Of a DNA stretch of 64,000 nucleotides, positions 1 through 14,400 are shown piece after piece; position 1 is the stretch's first letter; every line of letters starts with the position of its first letter. Origin of the DNA: Vicugna vicugna (lineage: Eukaryota); contig MU058009.1 of the NCBI GenBank assembly GCA_013265495.1, positions 2,482,001-2,546,000 on the forward strand, read 5' to 3'. Made by a program: the position numbers and the translations under genes. Below the pieces are notes generated by a model. That model searched no databases and was not told the DNA's origin. It saw nothing but the letters and a program-made list of their open reading frames with translations.

Positions 1-1175
1 CTGGACTTGTTCCCTCAAAACACCCACGACAGCTACCACGTCTCTACAAGAACCCTGAGGTCTGTGTCCAAGGCACCATGACTGATGCAAATGCCGGTGA
101 CCTCATTTGAGCAGCTCCAACGGGGGGGCACTGTTGCATGGTACCCAATGGCAGGCTGGGCACGAAGTACCAGATCACACTTACCTGGGCGTCAATCCTA
201 CACTGGCGTCCTGAAACATACCTGTTTGCTAGGATGTAAATAAATGTCTGTGGGCACCAAGGAGACAGGTAATCAGGTGACTTTAGCAAATAAACGTGTG
301 GGGTAGGGTTGAGGCTGAACAAATTACGCAATCATTTGTTAAGTAAATTTAGAAGGGGTTTGTTTTAACCAGCAGTAAATACCAGAGACAGGATCCCTCA
401 AATTTCTACCTTTTTCTCATTTGGAAACCGTCACACAGGACTGTCACGTGAACTGTGGCTCCTGGAAGTAACGCCATGCAAACACCCCAGTTATCATAAA
501 ACACAGACACCGCCCCTCTCCTCAGGTGGAAGACCAGCCTCCTTCCATCCCTGCACTCTCCTCCTCTCCCCACCACCAATCTTACCCACCTCGACTACCC
601 ATCAAAAGCTCCATCCGACCTCAGCCAATTCACCTCTGCTCTCTGTAAGCCAGCCTCACCACCCCCAGCTCTGGACAGTCCCGTGTCACCAGGACACACC
701 ACAGCCATCCTTCCCACTGGAAGGCAGCAGCAGGTCACCTGACTTACAACCAGAAGACTGCACTTTCACCTTGGTTCCCTTTAACTTCAGCTCAGACCCG
801 CATCTTCCCAGTTAAAACAGGGATGATAATGTCCATTTCACAGAACTGCTGTAAGAATCAAACTTCAGTAAGACCACTGCGTATCCAACAGGCCACTCTA
901 ACCTTGTCCGCACGTCTGCAACTTGCCTAATCGCTCACCTTCCACCCAGGAATCCCCTCCTCTAAACAAGGCCATTCTAATCCTTCACCCTCTAGCTCCA
1001 CTTTCTCAGCCAGACCCCATTAAAGATCATCGCTAAGTTTCCATGGCTTAGAAACACGTTTTTAATCTGGACACTTTCAGGAGAGCAGAAAAGCCCTGTC
1101 ACTGCAGAAAAGCTTTACCATCCAACACCTGCTCCAACACAAAAGAGGCGTTGATTATTATCAACAATCAGTGCT

Positions 1176-2359
1176 TTTAATTACATTTTAAAATACCGTC
1201 CTGAGCTCTGCCTATAGCTTGATGGAGCCTGAGAAGTGTGGAGGAGCCGGGATCACATAACTGTACCCCGACACCTGCCTCCCGCGTGGCCAGGTCTACC
1301 TCGTGGCCACAACACTCCTCTCCTGCCGCCTCCACTCTGGAGCAGAGTTTCACTTAACAGTCACAGAAGAAAAATTTCAGGCTTGAGGCCACAGTCTCTA
1401 TGATAACTACTCAGGTCTGCCTTCTAACCGAAAGCAGCCATAGATACTCATAAATGAATGGGCATGGGCTGTGTTCCAATAAAACTTTATTTACAAAAAA
1501 AACAGGTAGCCAGCCCCAGGGGAACGGTTTGTTGACTTTAGCTCTGGAGCAAAGCAAAACGTATTGTCTCCAAACCGCAGCCAAGCTTTTGCTGCAGCCT
1601 CCCTGTGGGCAGTCCCTGCGGGCGTCCGCCCGCTCTGTCCACTGGCCCTGGCCCTGCACGGGAGCGGGCCTGAGGAGGGCAGTCAGCAGGCGCAGGTCCT
1701 GACCACCATCAAGATCCTGACACCTCGCCTGTAAGGTCGCGCCAACTCATCGCGCTTCAGGGACACACACCATCCACGTCCTTCGTTCCTTTCCCCTCTT
1801 CCTGCCCCCCGTTACCGTGAGTCATCAAGTCAGCCACCAACTTACTAAGCACCTTGATTTTCTCTCATTCTGGTCAAAAGAGTAAGTAATCGGTTGGGGT
1901 GGGGTCAGGAGCGCCAAGCTGAAGCCCAAGTTTCTACTCAATAAACATGTACAACAGGGTCTGTAAAAAATAAGTTACATGAAAACATCCGGACACAAAA
2001 CTCCTACCCAGACACCAGTCACAGGGAAGAGCAGACGCTGAGAGGCACAAGCCCAGCACAGGGCGGGACTCATCCGCCGTCCACACTCCTCACGCCCTTC
2101 CGCCTGCCTCGGCGCCGAGCTCCCAGCAGAGTGCCCGGCTGTGTGACCACCACGAGCTCACGCAGCCCCACAGGGAAGCCCCTCCTGGGCCAGACAGAAC
2201 AGACTGCGGGACCCCGGCAACCCTCGCACCGCCCCGCCCCACCGCGGGCCTGCCTCAGACGGACACGCTCGGGGGACACTGCGGCCGCCCGCTCCCGCCT
2301 CCCGGCCCAAGAGGCCGACCAGGCGTGGCGTCCACGGCGGCCACCTTCCTCGCTCAGAA
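1176..2359 (-). other. NFRKB: NFRKB 3' UTR (end uncertain)
   Basis: Follows the stop; candidate minus-strand signals AATAAA 1486-1491, ATTAAA 1176-1181 and 1061-1066. Confidence 0.6.
1345..1545. mobile_element. MER58A-like hAT DNA transposon relic
   Basis: aaagcagccataga...ggctgtgttccaataaaactttatttacaaaaa matches recalled MER58A. Confidence 0.75.
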
Positions 2360-2485
2360 TCACTGCTGATCAGGAGCCTGTTTCGGAGACGGAGCTGTGG
2401 TCACGACGACGGTGGAGACTGCTTTGGAGGAACCAGAAGCCGTTCCCGGCTGGAGGTGGGATGCAGGGACTGTCTGGATGCGCAC
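2360..2485 (-). CDS. NFRKB: NFRKB coding exon 25 (VRIQTV...APDQQ*)
   Basis: tttgcaaacag|GTG acceptor; TGA at 2360-2362. Confidence 0.95.
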   Translation of the reverse strand: MRIQTVPASHLQPGTASGSSKAVSTVVVTTAPSPKQAPDQQ

Positions 2486-5400
2486 CTGTTTGCAAAGAGT
2501 CCGGTCAGTAGGCTGCGAAGGGCTCATGAGCAGAGGACAGCGGCAGAGAGCGGCCGACACAGGCAGCCGGGCCTTACCTGCGTGGCCTGCCCTTGCTGCT
2601 GGAGCTGCTGCAGCTGCTGCGCAGTGAGAAAGCTCACGGGCTTGTTGCCGGCGATGAGCTTCGTTCCCGCCGGCATCGTGGTGAGGATGATGTTGCGGCC
2701 CAGCCCGCTGAGGCTGGAGGGAGGGGAAGCCCGAGTGAGGCCCGCGATGGGGCTGGCGTCCTCCCGGCCCAGCCCAAGTCCCAAGGCTGGGGGAAAATAG
2801 GGAGTCTGGTGCCCAGGGAAAACCCCAGCCTTCTGGACCGAAATGGGGACGAGCCGGTGAGGCCACCTTTCTCCCAGCTCCTGTGCTTCCCGGGTCAGAG
2901 AAGGAGCAAGGCCCCCAGTGCCATGGATAAAATGGCCCAGCCTCAGGGGTGGTCCCCGCGATAGGGCCTAGTCTTCTCATCAGCACCACAGGAGGGCTGA
3001 ACGATGGCGGGGGCGGGGGGACCATTTCTGCAGGTCTTTGGACCCCCTTGGAGGGCACCGTGTGGGGAAATGGGGGGGCTCCCAGCTAGAGCTATTTCAG
3101 GGAGCATTTCACTTCAACACAACACATCAGCCTTGCTCCGGCAGAAACACTGTTCTAAATAAGGACAGATCATTGCATTTTAGGATTTGCGTGTGTACAC
3201 CTGCTTTCTGTCCTGGCTGTGAGAAGTTAAGTGAACTTCATCCCAGGTTTCATTCCTATTAATTAAAATAAATTGATGTTTAGGACTGTCGAATTCCATA
3301 CCGTCAAAAAAGAAGGTCACTTTGATGGATTAAAAAAAGTGGAGGGGCCCTGCATCCACACCGTGATCAGCAGAACAGTACAGCACCCGGGGGGGTGTGC
3401 ACTCCGACCAGAGACCCTCCGCGAGCAGCTGCCCTGAGACGGGCAGACATCGCTCCTTCACCCTCGTGTTAAGTCAGAGCCACAGGAAGCCCCTGCTTCC
3501 AAGCAAGCCCTCATCCTCTGAACCAAAGGGCCCAGACATCCCTAACACCCACACTGGGATCTGCCACCAGAGCCACGTCAGCACCCAGCCCATTCCAGTA
3601 CCTCCTGTCCCCTCCCTGGCTTCTCCCCTCAACAGCATGTATCACCACCCCAGACAGTATCTTCATACACTCCCTCTCCCTGCGTTTACTTTAAAGTCAA
3701 AGCCTGAGGACAGCAGACGCTTGTCTCTGTGAATCGCCGTGTCCCCAGCACCTAAGACAACGCGAGGTGCCCCAGAAACACTGCTGAGCACCACAAAGCA
3801 GCCCAGGAACCCGGCTGCCACCCCACTCCGTGGTCAGGAGCCTCCAGCAGCCCTGCCCGCCCCTCACTCCAGCACTCACTTGGCTCCAAGGTTGCCTTTG
3901 ATGATGGGAGCTGTGACCACACTCTTGCCCTTCATAGGCTGGCTGATGACAGAGAGTGGAACCGTGATCCGCGTTGGGAGCTTCCCCTATGGAGAAAAGT
4001 CAGCCAGGCTCACAGGACAGAAGAGATAAGGAATGCCACCCAGCGTCACCCGGAGGGCCATGAGCGCCCGGAGCAAGCGCCCAACCCTCTGCTCCCCGTG
4101 CCCTGCAGGGCTCAGGCGGCCCTTGCAGACTCACTCACGTCTGTGCTTACTGCTCAAGGACACTACTTAGGAGTCATCCTCCTCTTTCCTAAGCAGAGCC
4201 GCACATGTACCTGCTGGCATCAGGATGAAACGTGGGCCTGAATCGCAAAGGAAGTGTGTGCTCACCTGAGCACAGTCGGACTGCGCCGACATGGCACACA
4301 GGACCTGCTCACAGTAACTCAGGGGGACACAGGCGCTCGAGAGTTAATACAGCAGGTGCGTACTCCTGCTCCAGCGGGCAGGCTCACCTGGGGCGCCCAC
4401 AGAGGGCACATTCTCCAGGCGCTTTGTTTCTCTCAGAGATAAGAGAGGTTAGTCAGGGGACACTAATAACAAACTCAACCAAGTGAAAAGTCCAGCCCCA
4501 CAGCTAACAGGAAGGCCCAGGAGAAACACGAAAGGAGCTGGGAAAGCCTGGTGTCTTTGGGATTTCAGCATGGCTGGGGTTAGGTCACTACATCAGCTTG
4601 CTTTTAGGTTGCCTAGTTTTTAACCCTTGGTTGATAATAAAATTTATATACAGTAAAATCTTGTGTAAATCTGACTTAAAAATTATTCAAGAGGGGGAGG
4701 GTATAGCTCAGTGGTAGAGCACATGCTTAGCATGCACAAGGTCCTGGGTTCAATCCCCAGTCCCTCTTCTAAACATAAATAAACCAGGTTACCTCTCCCA
4801 GCCAAAAAAAAAAAAAAAGTTATTGCTTTAAAAAGAAAGATTCAAGAGGGGTGGCTGACAAGATGCACAGAAAAGGACTCGACACTTCCCGCGGGCAAGC
4901 CGGTTCTAAAAAAGCTGGGTGTTCAGGAGGAAAGCCAGAGGGCCCCACACCGAGCTCCACAGCTGACTCGCCCTGTAGTCCTAAAAGCACTGAAAAAAGC
5001 CCTCAGGCAAGCAAACACGGCCAGACGGTGCCTGCAGGAGGCTTTACTTATGGTTGCATCTTCTTGTTAAGAATGCCTTAGACGCTTGAAACATTTCAGG
5101 CCAGCAGTCCACCAGCTGGAGCTGTCCTTTCGTGAGCAAGCCCGACCAGCCAGGCAACTAGATAGGGGAAAAAAGCTCCATTCAACACTTCCTGGCCCAT
5201 CAAATGCTCTCTGGCTACATTTATCCATACTGAGGAGAACAGGGTAGGTGCCACTGGATACACATTTCTGTGTCAGACGGCTCAAGAGAAACAGAAGTGG
5301 ACCAAGGCAGTGTTCCCTTGCTTCCTTATTTCACTCCTGTGATGTGAGGACTTAACAAACATTCCCTTTAAAGCCACACTGTATTTCAGGGTTGGTTTTA

Positions 5401-8400
5401 CTAATGTGCACGTTTTCCTCCCTCCATTATCCTGGATTTTATCCAAATTAGTGAGGTTTTACTATACAGCTTGCTTGGAAAAGTAGGACTGTGTTTTATA
5501 CTGCCCGTATGCACCACCATGCCGAGCAGCACCCTCCATCCAGAGGCTAAAGAATCAGGACATGCACCCAGGAACACACTTGCTGACCTGGGGATCTGGT
5601 TTGTGATAAAGGTACTGTTTCAACTTAGTGGGGAAAAAATTTACTCGTCAACGATGTTGGAATAATTTGAAAAATACAAAATGCCATCTCTACCATGTGC
5701 CGTTCACAAAAACATACTTTAAATGGATTTACGAATTATACCTCCTTCAAAATTCTAAAAATATTTTATGAAAATGAAGGCTGACATCTTCATAACCCTG
5801 GGATAAAAAAGGCACAACACACAAAACCTAGGAGCCATAAAAGAAAATGCTGGTAGATCCAATCAGATAAAATACCTGCAGAGCAGAACGCTTCGTGTGC
5901 AAGGTTAAACAATGACAGACTGGAAGAAAGCATTTTCTAACATACAAGCACTAACAGCCGGAAGACAGAAACCTGGTGCCAGCTCACACAACATGGAAAG
6001 GCCAAACACCCCAGAAGAAAACTGGCGAGGATTTATCCACCCCTGGAGGGCCTGGAACAACCCCTGCACGCAGGGATGCCCGACCGCACCAAAGATCAGG
6101 GAGGTGGGGAGAAACTCTTCTTGGCAGTAAGACGGGTATATAAAGTCCGAAAAATACAAGATATCCAGCCTGGGTAGGGAACGGGGGAAACAGGACTGGC
6201 TGATGGGAGCATGAGATGGCCTTTGTGGTAATGCGACTGGAATGGCAAGACCTTGAACACGGGGGGTCTCCCTGGCCCCTTCTGGAGCCTCCGCTTCTGA
6301 AGCACTTACACGTGCTCGTGTGCACAACAAGAACGTTCACCGTGGCCCTGGTTCATGACACCACGGTATCACTAAAAGGACACATTCAGTGTCCGTGTGG
6401 GATCCAGAACAACCCCCAAGACATTTTTAAGTAAACAAAGCAAATCACGGAACAACATACAGACTGAGATCTCTCAGGGATTTTTTTAACTATGTGTACG
6501 AAGATGCTCAGAGAAAGGAGGAGGATAAATGTCAAACCACCACCAGTAACGAGCCTCACGGAGGGGAATCAGAGGGCGGTGAGAGGAGTTTCCTGTTTTC
6601 ATACCTCTGCTCTATTTGGTATTTGTTTAAGAATGTACGCCTGCGCTACACCTTCATACACGTGTTTCAAAATTAAATAACTAAGTCTTACAATAAATAA
6701 GCCTGTTTGGGTCCAAGGAGGTGACAGACAGGGCGTCTAGTCTGCACCCCTAACAAACACTTCCCGAGAGGAAAGGCTACGCCTCACCACCACCGTTACT
6801 CACAGCCTGCGACGTGGAGACCACGGTGGTGCTGACGGGGACCTGCCGCACAGCAGGGGCTCCAGTCCCAATGCTGATGGGGGAGCTGGCTGAGCCAGAA
6901 GCCACAGCCACAGTCTTGGACGTGGCAGCGTTCACGCTGGGCAAGGACACCGCAGAGGTATGAACAGTGCCGGACCCACTGGCCACTGACGACCCCTGCT
7001 TGGCATGGGCCGCAACCGTGATGGTCTGGCCCGCTTTGGGAGGCATCACTCCCAGGCCCTGCACGATGCGGATGGTGGCTGCCGGCTTGGCTTCGGAAGA
7101 GGCCACTGTAGTTTTCCCCTTCTGGTCAGCCACACTCACACCAAGCGCTGGCATTAAGCGGAAAGCTGAACCTGAGGCTTCTGTTGGCTTGAGGTCAGGA
7201 GTCACCTTGACCACGGTGGTCCCTGTTGGGGTAGATGAAGGGACGCTGGCCGGACTGGCCTTGGCAGGGCTGTCAGCCGCGTGGACGGGATTGGAAGTGA
7301 CGTGTAAGGTAGCGGAGATGCCTTTGCCCGCAGTGCCGCTTCCTGTCCCAAAGAGGTCCTGGGTCAGTTTGACTGTGGTGACCTGGGACTTGGCCAACGT
7401 GGCCATCATGTCTGGAGTGATTCGCAGAACCGTCTGGCCTTTGGCATCCGTGGTGATGGATGAGGGCGGCAGGCGCAGCACGTCCTTACCCTGGATACGG
7501 AAGTTAGCGGCTGTGAGTGGCACGCTGCTGCCCGCCTGGGGCTTCACGCCAAGCTGCCCAGTGATCGCCACCTGGAGGGGAAGGGAGAGCGCTGATGAAG
7601 GGGGCCACATGGCGGGATGGGCTACAGAGCAGGACTGGGGAAAGCTCCACCGCGGGAAATGGGTGTTCCATAAATCATTCTCACATTTTACTCTGAAAAC
7701 TGGAAAACATTCACAAAGTAGAGAACAGTCTAACGAATCCATGTACCATCACCCAGCTTCAAAACCGATCACGTGGCAGCTGTGTTTTCTCTACCCTTCC
7801 CCACTCTCCGGAGTGCTGGGGTGGAAGGGTATTGGAGTACTTTAAAGTAAACCAAGGAGTATCATTTCACTGAGAAATACGGTCGTTCCTCGGTATCCAC
7901 GGCTGCTCCAGTCCCTTACGTGAAATGGAGCAGGACAGTCAGCCCTCTGCACCTGCAGGCTCGATCGGCAGTTGGTTCAACCTATGGACGCAGAACCGGA
8001 GGAAGGAGAGGGCTGACTGCACCTCTGTACATGTCTCTAACCTCGAGAAAGACTCTAAGTTAAAAAATAATCACCTGTCATTACCTAGTAATCACCTATA
8101 AATAGTACAACATACATTCGCATTTCCCCTACTGTCTCAAAAATGCCTATTTATGCAGATTGGCAAGACAGGCAGGGACAGTGCCCCACCCCCCGCTCAG
8201 CAGGAAGCAGACATGGAGATGAAACCTTCGCTCCTGCTCCAAAGATCTGCCACTGCCCATCTGTCAGGGGGAAGGCGGGGCCCACTAGTGTCCTTCCAAG
8301 TCCAACAACCCCCATTCCTGGGCTCTCAGATGTCTGCCTGGGATGCCTCAACAAATAAACTACATTCCTCGCGGGGTGTGTTTGCCCTAACGAAATAACA

Positions 8401-11400
8401 GTCCCAGGTAACGATGCCTAATCTCACAGTAGCTCAGGATGGCTTGTTTCAGCCCACCTTATCAGTCATAAACCCCAAGGACCCTAAACCTCTCACCTCA
8501 CCTGCAACCATCCAGAGACCTGTGCACAAGCCTGTCAGGCACCTTGTGACCCGACCTTACAGAGCACCCCAAACACCTGGCCCTCGTCTGTGTGGCCCGC
8601 TCTTGTCTACAGCACTGCTCCCCTAGGGAAAAAAAAAAACAAACACCTATTTATGGCTGCACCAACCTCCACTCTGAGAGCACGCCACGGTGGTGACAAG
8701 CCAGACTTCCCAGGGTCACACGCTGACTCCCACCTAAGGCCAACCTCCTGGTGGAACACACACTACCCTTCCAGCCTGTGGGACTGTATCTCATGAGCCA
8801 CCCCCTCTCCCTCTACCGGGCCACTCCCTGCCATCAGAACGCAGTTCCCTTCCTGAAACACCGTGAACCCTTGCTCACCCCACACCCTGACTCCAGCCCC
8901 AGTTCTCTGCTCTCTTCAAAAGCAAGACTGACAATCACCCACACTCACTGTCTCCACTTTCTCGCCTCATAGGCTCTGCTGAATCCATTCCCAAAAGCCA
9001 CAGCCCTCTGAATCCCGGCAGGTTCACTCGTTACCTGCGTCCACTGAGTGGGCAACTCTCCGGCCTCATCTCCCCTTCACACACTGACGCAGGCGCTGGC
9101 TTCAGTGTTTTTCTCTCGGTCTGTCCTACAGACCCCATACCTCAGTGCTTTCTTCTATCTCAGGAAACCACAGCAACACCCAAGAGCCGCGGGGCTATTC
9201 CCAGCCCTGCTTCCTCCGCCCACGACCATGGCGGAGGCAGCCACCCCCACCTGCACGGCTGCGATGCCTCCCACCTGGCTTCCCTGCTTCCACTCCACGC
9301 AAAGGCAGGGTTCCTTTAATGTAAGCAAGGTCATCACCCTGGCTCACAGCCTCCCATGTTTAAATTAAAGGGGGAAGTCTGACACCATTTCACCACTGGC
9401 AACCTCGCCTTCTCACACAAGCACACCTGCTCACCGAGCTTCAGCCACACAGCTCTCCTGCTGTTCCTGCAACATGCTCCAGATGCAAAAGGCCCTTCCC
9501 TGCTGCTCCTGTGCCCTGAGAACCCCTGAGCACCCCAGCTCAGCACCCGCTCCCACCTCCCTCATCTCTCTCGCCAGCCATCTCCCCGGAGATACCTCCT
9601 CTGGCCCCTCCACCCTCCTGCTCACCGATCCCCACAGCCCTGGCTGTGGCTGACCCCGAGGTACCTGTCTGTCCCCGGACTCTGTGACACTGAGCCCCAG
9701 CCTGTGCGAGCCCCAGCTGGACAGTGCCGGGCACACAAAAAGCACTCAGTAAATACTTGTCTGATGAAAAAAAAAAAAGACACTCTATCAGTAGTGGTTC
9801 CACTGCTTCATGTGTAAAACGGGGACAACAGAAGCACCCACCCTGTGGTATCTTGAGGACCACAACGTTTAGCACCTGTAACAGGTGTGACAGGTGCAGA
9901 TGCGCAGGAAGCGCTCCCAGCACCATTCACTGCTTTTCTACCTGACAATTCCTCCAAGTTCACCGCTTACCCTTGCGCATTCACAACCAAGAAAGCACAA
10001 ACATACTCTAGTTGCATGGATGTAAACTGAAATGCCAATTAAGTCTATCAGGTTACTCCACAGGGTTTTAACTAAGTAAGTTAAAGTCACGGAGAGTCTG
10101 ATCCAGACCAAGAAACTCAGCTAATAAGTGCTGAATTATATGAAAAGAAACACACAAAAAGTTCCTTTGGGCTCTACCAAGCTTGCACTGCCCTTGGTAG
10201 AAACTCACACTTGAAACACTTCGGAACTCAAGGACCTGCTACTGTAGAGCACAGGGAACAATTCCAATTTCTCGTAATAAGCTGTAACGCAAAAGAATCT
10301 GAAAATACATAGATGTACGTGTATGTATAAGGGAACCACTTTGCTGTACACCTGAAACTAGCACCGTCAGTCAACTACGCTTCAATTAAAGACAAAATAA
10401 AATAAAATAAATACACCTATGACCTAAGGATCAAAGGTCACAAATCACTACATCCTTGTCCAACCGTCCTTTGATTTCTTCAGACAAAGGAGTCAGACCC
10501 ACCCAGAGAGACGCCCCCCTACCTGCTTGATGATGTTCTGTCCCGTGACGTTCTGAATGACCGCAGCTGTGGGAGCACCCTGAGCGGAGCTCCCAGGGGA
10601 ACTGGCGGCTGGCTTGCTCACAGGGTTGGCTGCTGCAGGCAGACTCGTCACCGTGAGCCCCGCCGGCCCGGGTCCAGGCCGCTGCACCGTGGCCGCCGCA
10701 GTCTGGGCTTTGACCGGCACGGTGGCCATTACTGTCTGGTTCGGGGCGGGAGGCCAGGAGCTTAATTAGACACTAAGACGCAGACAGCGGAGCCTCCAGC
10801 CTGTCACCACCCAGAAGCGTTCCTCTGAGGCACTGCTAACCTAACAGTGCCCAGGGCTCAACACTCTCTAAGAGTTAACCTCTTTATATTTGGGTAGAAC
10901 ACCTTAATTTTCAGAAACATTTTCACATTTAACATCTCATTTTATTCCTACACACAGAGAACGAATATTACATCCCTTTTACTGTAAAGGAGACTGAGGC
11001 AGGAGATCTTCTCTAAGATCACGCCAGTGAGTGGCATAGCTAAGACTAGAGGCACAGTGGAAGGAGCCTGAGACTGAGAGTCACAGGTCTGGAGGTCGAC
11101 TGCCCGCTAGACTCACAGACCAGCCTGGGCCCACCCGCTGCCCCTCTTTACCTGGGGCACGACTTTGGTCTGTGTGGCAGTGGCTGGAACGCGAATCTGC
11201 GGCAGGGTGGGTGCCGGCCCCGCTGACTGCTGGGTCACGGCGGGAAGGCCGGGCTGGGCCACCACCCGCACCTGGGGGAGCCCAGCCGAGCCAGTGTGGC
11301 TCACAACCCGGGCAGCTGCCTGAGAACTCGGTGGAGTCTGGCTGGAAGCTGGGGAAAGCATGGTCCCCAGCTGTGGCATCGTCGGGGAAGATACGAGAAG

Positions 11401-14400
11401 AACCCTGTGGGGAACACCAAGCAGAAGCAGGAGACAGACAACTCAGGAGGCAGACTCACAGGACTCTGGAGGGAGAAAGCTGGAGGGGAATGGAAGCACT
11501 TACCCTGAACTAGATTTGGCTGGCTCTGAGACAGCAGTCGGGCCGCTTTTGTTCACTGAGGACACAGGTGGAGGGGAAAGAGGGGTGGCGGGCAAAGCGG
11601 GGGTGGTGGGGGTCACAGGAGTGTCTGGGGTGGGCGGCATGCTGGAGTCACTGAGGCTCATCTGGCTCTGCTCGGAAGGACCACCGCCGAGGACCTTCAC
11701 CGAACTCTCCTTGCTGCTGGACTTCTGAGAGCGGAAGAGAAGGGGATTCACACGCAGGTGGGACAAGGGCCGGCTCGGCCCCCGCGGTTCCTGCCACACT
11801 GTGTTAAGGGAAGGTCCGGCCGCCATCGCCCCAGGAGGCACCTACCACCTTGGACGGGGGCTTGGGCTTTTGCTGAAGGGCTTTTCTGGCTTTAGCTGCA
11901 GCCGCTTGGGCCTGGTGGATCCGCTCTGCAAACAAAAGTGGAAGCTTCAGTAAAGGCTTAACCTCAGCACAGTCAGGAGTGGCTTCTCTAAGAGCCAGGG
12001 CTACAATCACGTCCTGCCCAAATGCCACCGAGAAGGACGCAACTGGGTCACCAAGTCAGAGGCAGCCCTGGTCTAGCGGGCACATCGCCCGCAGCTCACA
12101 CACCGAACTCCTCCTCGCTCCGGTCGCGATGCAGGTAGATCCACAGCTTCCGCCCAATGTCGTACTTCACGCACGGGTCTTTCTCATAGTGCAGCCGGTC
12201 TAGGGCTCCGCTCACCACCGTGTTCACCTGGAGCCCAGAGCAGGGTGGTGAGGGCAAGACAGACGTGAATTCCAGAGGAAAAGCACTGGGTGTGAGGCAG
12301 GGCTGACACAAAGGGCCCATCCCCCACGGTCACCCTGCCACTTGGCAAAACGAGACACTACAAGGCCCAGGAGATGGGGCACTGTCACCCCCAGGATGTG
12401 AGCAGGCAACCTCCAGCAGAAGCTGAAAGAGAAACGCTGCCGACAGCGAGGTCAGGGTCAGAGCTGCTCCCGTTCCTCAAGACGCCCTCCCTCCGCCTCC
12501 CCCGGCAGTTTGATGTAATTTAGGTTCTTTTACTTTTATTTCCCCGTAAGCATCCTCACGTCCATCCTGGAAGAAAACTCAAGCTCTTGTCTGCTCCTAC
12601 CTGAGTGCTAGTGACATCCGGCGCCAGGAACTGGGAGTCCTTGAGCAGCTCGCAGATCTCCGCCCGTGTGCCCTCGCCATTGGGCAGCCGGGCCGCGGCG
12701 TCGCGGACTGGCACCGGAAAACGCAAAGCCGAGGGTCAGCAGGGCTCCCCAGGGAGGGCCTCCGTGCCCAACGCCGACCCAGCACCAGGCGGACACTGCC
12801 CCCGGGGACAGTCTCCCACACATCCTTCACTCTCAGCCAAGGCTGAAGGTCCCCGAGAATTCAGCGGGTGCAGGAACTCAGGCAGGAGAAAGTGACCACT
12901 TTCACTGAAATTTAGCACTTCCTTCAATTAGGAACAAAGGTAACAAAACACACACTGGCAGTGCTGCGACGCCGTAGCAGAAATTAGGTATTTTCTTAGC
13001 ACAGCCGCAGGCAACTCGAAGTCTCACTTCCACTCACGATGGCTGGGGTCACAGGAGCCATCAGACCTGCTCCTAGGGCTTGTCACTTTACAGTGCAACA
13101 AAAACGCACGTATTTCTGCAACCTAAATTTGTTTGGATATTTTGATAACAATTTCAGTATGACTAGTTTCTTCTGCAACTCTGTGCATTTTAGGCATTGA
13201 AAGATATTCTGAGAAGGGGTCCAGAGGTTTCACCAGACTGCCTAAGAGATTCATGGCATAAAAAAGGTTAAAAACCTCTTTAAAGGAATCCTAGTCTGGA
13301 GGAAGCAAACTCCTATACTTAAGCTAACTGTTCAGCAGCCTGTGAACAACTCCTGAATGAACATAAACTTGGGCCCAGACTCCAGGGAAGAAACACGGGT
13401 TCCTGGCACACATCTCTGGAGGCAGAACTGCCCCTGTGTGTCCCAAACCCCAAAGCTTCCTCAAGCTGCACTGACCCTCCCAGCCTCCGCCATGGGGGCA
13501 GGGGGCACGCCCAGGGACTAGGGGTACAGCAGACCGAAGGCAGGCACGCACCCAGGGACAGGATGGTGACGTAGGCGGGCCGGTCGGAGCGCAGCAGGGA
13601 GTGTTCTCGCGCCTTGTTGAGCGAGGTCTCCTTGTCGAACACGCCCTTCACAGGCCCCACCACAGACTCGAAGCCGTGCATGCGGAAGGTGAAGGCCTTG
13701 TGGGGCTGGCTGTACCTGTAACGCTCCTGCAAGAGAAGGGGCAAGGCTCCCGAGTCAGAATTAGGAGGGTCCTCTCTAGAACCTCCAAACAGCAAGGGGC
13801 CTCAGAACAGGAAGGAAACAGGCTATTCCATGAGGAATACCGAGCCGACCACAGTGGGAAAAGGATGGTCCCCAAAAGCCAGTCACTAGCAAAGGGACCA
13901 AGCGGTAAATGTGTGTTTTGTATCTGGAAGAAAAAGCATCAAAACCTTTTTCATTTGCCTTCTCACACCATCACTACCCCCTCAAAACAATCCCAACAGA
14001 ACAGCTAAGGTCAAGGTGTGAGTGTCCTCCAAGAATCTGGACGCAAGGACAGCCAGGCTCAGAGCTCTCCACGTGGCCTCAAAGATGCAGAGATTTACAC
14101 CAGATTCCAGCTTTTTCTTACCTGCTCCTGAAAAGCTCGCTTCTCCTCTCCTGTGCTGGGCCGCACCACATAGTCAGTTCTTCTGGAACACAAAGAATTC
14201 TGGATCTATCACCCCTTCCAACAGCCAGAGCCGCTCCCTCTGCAACACGAGTGCCCTCTTTTTACAACTGTTTTTTCTATTTCTGGAAAGCAGTATGGAG
14301 GGTCCTCAGAAAACCGAAAACAAAACCACCACACAATCCGGCAACCCTACTTCTGGGAATATTTCCAAAGGAAATCACTATCTTGAAGAGATAGCTGTAC

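Noticed and set aside
2714..3058. Upstream part of ORF 2360..3058
   Set aside because: Only 2360-2485 is coding in that frame; the rest is GC-rich intron or another frame.
4697..4770. Apparent tRNA-Ala genes (all five copies)
   Set aside because: A-rich tails, TSDs and stem-breaking substitutions show they are SINEs.
6967..7845. 292-aa plus-strand ORF
   Set aside because: Antisense shadow of the 768-nt NFRKB exon; non-ATG start and no recognisable family.
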